From an uncultured Alphaproteobacteria bacterium (lineage in GTDB: Bacteria; Pseudomonadota; Alphaproteobacteria; Rs-D84), in contig CAJOGC010000001.1 of NCBI GenBank assembly GCA_905234185.1, positions 31,765 through 95,764 on the forward strand: a stretch of 64,000 bases of DNA. Direction: 5' to 3'. Position 1 is the stretch's first letter. Each line of letters opens with the position of its first letter. This document shows, one piece after another, positions 58,805 through 64,000 of this stretch. Made by a program: the position numbers and the translations under genes. The notes below the pieces were generated by a model, which saw only the letters and a list, made by a program, of their open reading frames with translations, was not told where the DNA came from and made no database searches.

Positions 58805-59683
58805 TTAGTCTGGTGCAAAGAAAGCGATACCACTGTCCAATGTATCTATTTCCCTATGATTCATATACCAATCATACGATTTAGCAATATGCCCCACATC
58901 CAACGCACGACGGCCGTTCAAGAATAAATCATAACACAAAATTTTAGCGGTTGGACCACATATCACCACAAAAATTTTATTTTTAGCGCATTTCATGCAA
59001 TCATTGAAAATTTCATCATATTTTGCAAACGCGTCTGATGATGGCGCATAAACATATTCCACAGAATTTGCATTGTCAAAAATATTATGCGTAATTTTAT
59101 CAAACACGGTTTTTCCACAAACGATGACAATGTCTTTTTTGTTCCAAATTTTTCTGAATCCGGAAAAATAAGCCTTTTTATCGATTCCACGATTTGCAAA
59201 TCCCAATGTCATTTCCGCGGCGTAATAAGTATTTTTATCAAAATTTATATATTGTTCCAATATATTACGATACTTATTTCCATTATTCCGCCAAAAATCG
59301 CGCGCATATGGTTGTAAACAAGATTTATCTTTGTATAACACAGATGGTATTCCAACCATCAAATTTTTATCACATGCCGACAAAACCTGCTTTAACCGCG
59401 TTGCAATCAATGGTGATGCGGACTGAAAAGGAATACTGTCACCGCACATTAAACTTATTTCTCCATCACCAAAGCGCACCATGCTGGCCTTGGATTTAAT
59501 CAAGAAATCCAAACTTTCCATAATTCCACAAACCGTATGCGAATCACCATTTTTAACCGCATCGGATATTTCGTAAAATAAATTGTCATACACCTGGGCT
59601 AAATCGATTGGTTCATGGGTATGTGAACGCAGGTCAATATGTGACAACAGTTTTATGTTTCTGAACAATTTTCGTAATGACAT
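58805..59683 (-). CDS. GT-D fold glycosyltransferase (DUF1792)
   Basis: S.VRFGDGE, FQ....L...L, IW..KDI..V.G, P..DAF, GPTAK.L..DL, A.D.GH. Confidence 0.88.
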   Translation of the reverse strand: MSLRKLFRNIKLLSHIDLRSHTHEPIDLAQVYDNLFYEISDAVKNGDSHTVCGIMESLDFLIKSKASMVRFGDGEISLMCGDSIPFQSASPLIATRLKQVLSACDKNLMVGIPSVLYKDKSCLQPYARDFWRNNGNKYRNILEQYINFDKNTYYAAEMTLGFANRGIDKKAYFSGFRKIWNKKDIVIVCGKTVFDKITHNIFDNANSVEYVYAPSSDAFAKYDEIFNDCMKCAKNKIFVVICGPTAKILCYDLFLNGRRALDVGHIAKSYDWYMNHREIDTLDSGIAFFAPD

Positions 59684-59684
59684 T

Positions 59685-60095
59685 TCACTGTTCCTTTTTA
59701 TTATTTATTTCGACCAATTCAACCAACATCATATTTTTCAACATTAAAAAACATACGCGCCGAAAATAAACCGCATCTACGATTGGTTTTACAACAATCG
59801 CGCCATTTGTGACAAATTCACGCACAGATTGTTCAATATCGTCTGTTTCATATGCAAAATGATAAAATTTGGTCCCTTTATCTAAATATGCCGTTAATGG
59901 TCCGTCATCAGAAATATTTTCCAGCAATTCCAATTGTGGTTGCCCATCTGATGAAATAAACAACCCACGAATTTTTTGTTCGTTATCAATAAACACATCG
60001 GATACCGGTTTGTACCCAAGGATTTCAAAATATTTCAATTCACGTTCTATATTGCGACATGCCACACCGATATGATGAAATTTGGTTTTTGCCAT
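59685..60095 (-). CDS. VOC-family protein (methylmalonyl-CoA epimerase-like)
   Basis: FHHIGVA, D..Q.I...F, LELLE, YHFAYE.DDI, VELVE. Confidence 0.85.
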   Translation of the reverse strand: MAKTKFHHIGVACRNIERELKYFEILGYKPVSDVFIDNEQKIRGLFISSDGQPQLELLENISDDGPLTAYLDKGTKFYHFAYETDDIEQSVREFVTNGAIVVKPIVDAVYFRRVCFLMLKNMMLVELVEINNKKEQ

Positions 60096-61657
60096 TACAT
60101 AACCTCTATCTTTAATCCGGTTAAATCGATATTTTCCGGTATTTCATATGCAACACACCCAGATGCATCCAATTCTGTTCCAGCCAATTCGGCTAACCAC
60201 TGCATCGCCGGTCCATTGCGTTCGCCGTGTTTGTAATTTATTTCTATGACATTATCCGTGCCCAGTTGTTTGGCCGCGACCGCAAACAAATATGGCAACA
60301 TAACATTTTCTAATTTGCGACCCAACGCACGACAAGACACCGTCATTTCGTCCAAGACCAGGTATGCACCGGATTTGTGTGTTGCCAAGATAGCAATCAC
60401 ACCACTGTCTGATAAATTGTCGGACATTCTAATTGTGACGATTGCCCGACCTGGGGTTGTCATAAATTCATTAACCACCGTTTCGTTATACCGTGCATAG
60501 GTCAAAATAAATTGATTCGTTTTTCCAAAAAGTTCCGCAACACGCGTCATTTGTGACAAATCGTTCACATGATATTCTAAACAAATTCCCAATTTTGCGA
60601 AATATTCAGCCGGCGTCAGACTCTGTGCCAGTTTTGCGCGTTCAATATTTGCGCGTATATCATCGGCACGCAATTTATCCTCACTTGAATGTTTCAGTTT
60701 TAATAATCCCGGATAGTATTTCATAACCGAACAAATATTATCAGTTGCCAATATGGTGTGAACATTTGTTGTTGCGACATTTTCTATTTCGGCGGGATTA
60801 TCATCGATAAACAAGATTGCATCCGTACCAATGTTTAATGTTTTTGCAATTTCAATAATGTTTTCATCTTTTGGTTTCCAATTTACCCGAGCCACCGTAA
60901 AATCGTCCCAACGCAAGATAAAATCGGTGCGTTTTTGGAACATGTTTATAACATCAACTTCCTCATTTTTTGATGCAATGCACAGAAAGAATCCATTGTC
61001 TTTCAGGCCTTTCAACTGTTGTTGAAATTCGTTGTTTGGAATAATTTTATCAACACCATCTTCGCCCAAAACACCGCTGTATAATGTGTTGTCTAAATCA
61101 ACTACAACCGCCTTTAATGCCGGCGCGACCATGGCGGGGAAATACCGCATACCCAACACGCGCGCAATTTCCAAACACGATTTATTTGATAATCGGGTTC
61201 CTGAAAAAGACTCTTTGGCAACATCGTATGCGGCGTCACCGAATATGCCGATGACATCGGTAATACGCAACGCAAAACAATCGGTCGTTAAATTATCTAA
61301 ATTCAATGCGGCATCACCGGTATATGCAACCAAAATTGGCGCCGTTGTCTGTGACCGTAAAACATTAACCCGTTCGGATAAGAAACCAACCAAATCATTT
61401 GATTTATAACGATTTGTATCCAACCAAATTAACTGAATATTGGCATCGTGAAAATCAAAATTCAGGCTGTCATCATAATCACTGTATACAAAATCAGCAA
61501 TATAACCAGATTCGTGTAAAAACGCATTTATAACACTGGCAACCATTTCAAACGAGTGGTTTCGATACACGGCGACACGCAGTTTTGTGCCACCAATCGG
61601 TGCGTTTAATAAATCAAGTCGTTTAAGGTTGTCGGTGTATAAATTGGTGTTTAGCAT
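60095..61657 (-). CDS. FkbH-like HAD-IIIC glyceryl transferase/phosphatase
   Basis: VVDLDNTL..G.LGEDG, SKN, NW.PK, FIDDNPAE, KTNQF, SCRALGR.LE. Confidence 0.9.
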   Translation of the reverse strand: MLNTNLYTDNLKRLDLLNAPIGGTKLRVAVYRNHSFEMVASVINAFLHESGYIADFVYSDYDDSLNFDFHDANIQLIWLDTNRYKSNDLVGFLSERVNVLRSQTTAPILVAYTGDAALNLDNLTTDCFALRITDVIGIFGDAAYDVAKESFSGTRLSNKSCLEIARVLGMRYFPAMVAPALKAVVVDLDNTLYSGVLGEDGVDKIIPNNEFQQQLKGLKDNGFFLCIASKNEEVDVINMFQKRTDFILRWDDFTVARVNWKPKDENIIEIAKTLNIGTDAILFIDDNPAEIENVATTNVHTILATDNICSVMKYYPGLLKLKHSSEDKLRADDIRANIERAKLAQSLTPAEYFAKLGICLEYHVNDLSQMTRVAELFGKTNQFILTYARYNETVVNEFMTTPGRAIVTIRMSDNLSDSGVIAILATHKSGAYLVLDEMTVSCRALGRKLENVMLPYLFAVAAKQLGTDNVIEINYKHGERNGPAMQWLAELAGTELDASGCVAYEIPENIDLTGLKIEVM

Positions 61658-61875
61658 TTTAATTCCTTGACCTTTTTAACAATCGCGTCCATCGATTTCA
61701 GTTGTGGAATATCGGCGGGATTAAATGAAATATCAAATTCTTCTTCGACTGTCATGATAATTTCAATTGACTTTAATGAATCCCAATTTTCAACGGTTGT
61801 GCTGGATACATTATCGCCAACCTTGATGTCTTTTTTCAGAATCTTGGATAATATTTGTGCTATTTTTTCTTCCAT
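61651..61875 (-). CDS. Acyl carrier protein
   Basis: WDSL...II..VEEEF.I (phosphopantetheine Ser). Confidence 0.9.
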   Translation of the reverse strand: MEEKIAQILSKILKKDIKVGDNVSSTTVENWDSLKSIEIIMTVEEEFDISFNPADIPQLKSMDAIVKKVKELKC

Positions 61876-61877
61876 TA

Positions 61878-62633
61878 CTATTCTCCTTGGTCAAACTTTC
61901 TTAGAACATATTCTTGGGACGCAATCGTATAACCGAAAAACAAATCAAGATTAACAATAGGTTGATTGTTTGATGAAATGCTGGTGATAAGTTTATTCAT
62001 CCCATGTTGCTGATAATATTTCAATGCCAAATCAAACATCATAAATCCGAACCCTGTATTTTGATATTGTTCGAAGATACCTTCCAATAAATCATCAACA
62101 ATATGTGTTTCTGGATCCATTTTAACAAGTCCAAATCCCACAGGTGAATCTTTGAATGTATAAAGAAAAAGGTGGGCATTCGGATCATTAACTAAATCCA
62201 TAATCCAGTTTCTGTACCGGCGACACGATGTATCGCGAACCAATTTTGGATCAAGATATATTCTGTCGGTGTGAAACATGTCGTCAGACATTAAATCGGT
62301 GACACTGTGCCACGCTTGTTCGGTTTTTTCGATATACTGTTGAACCAATGCATTACGCATTTTCGCCAATGTTGCCGGGGGTTCATAATCAACCAACGAT
62401 TTTTCCATATGAAATTGGGTTTCCATAAATCTGAACCCAATGTTTTCCAACGCATGCACAATTTCAAGATTTCCAGTGGGAAGCTTTATCGTCACATATT
62501 TTCCCGTAAATTCATCGGAATTTATACGATCAACAATGGAACGAATGTCCGACAAGTCGTCCACAGACACACGCATTTCCACGGCGTCAACCCCGATATT
62601 TCTTTTTTCCCAAAACGCATCAATTATTTGCAT
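61878..62633 (-). CDS. GNAT acyltransferase, WecD/RffC-like
   Basis: F..DR..LD, RY.NW, YQ..G.G, SSNN...V.L...GY. Confidence 0.6.
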   Translation of the reverse strand: MQIIDAFWEKRNIGVDAVEMRVSVDDLSDIRSIVDRINSDEFTGKYVTIKLPTGNLEIVHALENIGFRFMETQFHMEKSLVDYEPPATLAKMRNALVQQYIEKTEQAWHSVTDLMSDDMFHTDRIYLDPKLVRDTSCRRYRNWIMDLVNDPNAHLFLYTFKDSPVGFGLVKMDPETHIVDDLLEGIFEQYQNTGFGFMMFDLALKYYQQHGMNKLITSISSNNQPIVNLDLFFGYTIASQEYVLRKFDQGE

Positions 62634-63918
62634 TTGTTAAATCCTTTATTATTTGCATATATCTATCACGCACTATATCGCGTTCATATGTTGCCAGCCA
62701 GTATTTATATTCGTCATCTATTATTTTGCGTCGTGCCGCCGGATGTTTTAACAAATATTCAACACCACGTTTCATGTCCGCAACATTATCGAACATGTAC
62801 GGATAATCGGTTGGCATATATTCGTGAAAAGAAAATATAGGTTTTTCACGATTTATTTTCACCACAGACGCCACCCGCATACGCATTAAATCGATTTGTG
62901 TCATTGCCGAAGATACTGGAAAACTGTCCACAAAAACATCGGCACATTGAAACAATAAATCATACGCGGCGGTCATCGGCACAATATGTAAACGCGCACG
63001 CAAATCATCATGTCCAACAAAAATACTATTTAGTATAGCGCATTCTTTATCGTTCATATCTGAGATAACCAAATGATGTAATTTTTTGTTATCGCGCAAC
63101 AATTCCAAAATCATATTGAAATACGGCGATGTATCACCGTCAAACATTTTATATGACGAACCGCCCGTCACGGTTAATGGTGCATCGACCGGTATCCCAA
63201 GTTCAGATTTTTTTGCATCTATTTCAGATTTGGAATAATAATGTGTATCGTCACGCCCCACAGATTGCAGACCAATAATTTGACAGTTATGTAAATGACG
63301 TTTTTCTTCGGTAATTTTTTTAATTGTTGGCATGCCTTCTAGTATCACATCTGCCAATGTCATGCCGGCATTTGGAAAATGACTTGCATGATTGAAAAAC
63401 ACTATTTTCATTCCGGTGTTGCGTTTTAATAGATGCATAACCGCCGTAAACAGCAAATCCCACATATGAATATACACAAATGATACGGACGGACAATCAT
63501 CAGCGATTTGGTTGTACAAATATATTAAATCATTTACAAAATTTTTATGCGATAAATTTATTCCAGAAATTGTCGCACAATCCTTAATCTTTGCCAACAT
63601 TGTCGGCGCACAGCGAGTCGTTTCGTCCAACATGGAACAAAATATATGCATATCTGCACGATCCGACATAGATTCGATCTGGTTCACCAAACAGAGTGTA
63701 TGTCCACCAACATCATACAATGCCGTTGCAAAAAAGCCGACACCATTTTTATTAGAATGCGGAATATGAAATTCAGATTTATGTTTAGAATATATCGCAT
63801 CGGCTAAATCACAAATACGGGTATCAATATCAGATACATCGAATTCACGCGCATCATATTTCATGTTAAATGCGCGACGGATTTTTTTATATCTTATTTG
63901 GCTTAACCAGTCGAACAT
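62620..63918 (-). CDS. Glycosyltransferase-like protein (GT-B)
   Basis: LY..GGHT, NHA.H, ADVF.DSFP; start coupled by TAATG to the upstream gene. Confidence 0.65.
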   Translation of the reverse strand: MFDWLSQIRYKKIRRAFNMKYDAREFDVSDIDTRICDLADAIYSKHKSEFHIPHSNKNGVGFFATALYDVGGHTLCLVNQIESMSDRADMHIFCSMLDETTRCAPTMLAKIKDCATISGINLSHKNFVNDLIYLYNQIADDCPSVSFVYIHMWDLLFTAVMHLLKRNTGMKIVFFNHASHFPNAGMTLADVILEGMPTIKKITEEKRHLHNCQIIGLQSVGRDDTHYYSKSEIDAKKSELGIPVDAPLTVTGGSSYKMFDGDTSPYFNMILELLRDNKKLHHLVISDMNDKECAILNSIFVGHDDLRARLHIVPMTAAYDLLFQCADVFVDSFPVSSAMTQIDLMRMRVASVVKINREKPIFSFHEYMPTDYPYMFDNVADMKRGVEYLLKHPAARRKIIDDEYKYWLATYERDIVRDRYMQIIKDLTNANN

Positions 63919-64000
63919 TATAACCCCTTGATAAATTCGCATGCGGTGTTTATTACGCGTTCTTGGTCATAATCGGTCAAATCAAAATACAACGGCAATC
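63918..64000 (-). CDS. C-terminus of a DegT/DnrJ (WecE-like) sugar aminotransferase (partial)
   Basis: Manual translation (R)LPLYFDLTDYDQERVINTACEFIKGL*; RLP.Y..L...Q..VI is the family C-terminal pattern. Confidence 0.65.
   Translation of the reverse strand, partial: LPLYFDLTDYDQERVINTACEFIKGL

Overview
A 64-kb, gene-dense chromosomal segment. The MucR, AddB, DUF721/DciA, SecB, MltA and LpoA-type genes point to an Alphaproteobacterium. Compact operons and many orphan genes suggest a reduced-genome, host-associated lineage such as Rs-D84 (inference). Most of the window is housekeeping: gltX, trmB, ybeY-lnt fusion, rarA, ftsK, secD/secF/yajC, mutL, greA, xerD, trxB, serS, typA, recA, secB, ruvC/ruvA, mnmE, rsmI, engB, addB and xth. 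There are two surface-glycan clusters, at 30.7-38.8 kb (eight glycosyltransferase-type genes) and 58-64 kb (aminotransferase, GNAT, ACP, FkbH, VOC, GT-D). I saw no rRNA, tRNA, CRISPR array, IS transposase or prophage. The most notable signal is a 575-bp cassette at the 3' end of mnmE: a lone GIY-YIG nuclease gene between perfect 29-bp palindromic inverted repeats, bounded by a 52-bp duplication of the mnmE 3' end whose 5 mismatches are all synonymous. A similar but empty REP-like doublet and two doublets of a second family occur elsewhere. Two unrelated accessory genes share a ~50-bp promoter module, and one of them has a ~280-nt highly structured leader, resembling phage C4 antisense systems, between promoter and RBS. 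Also present are an apparently inactivated HNH plus SUKH pair, a YbeY-Lnt fusion, a lysozyme-TPR protein and a catalytically dead S41 protease. All calls come from motif recognition by eye; no database searches were run.
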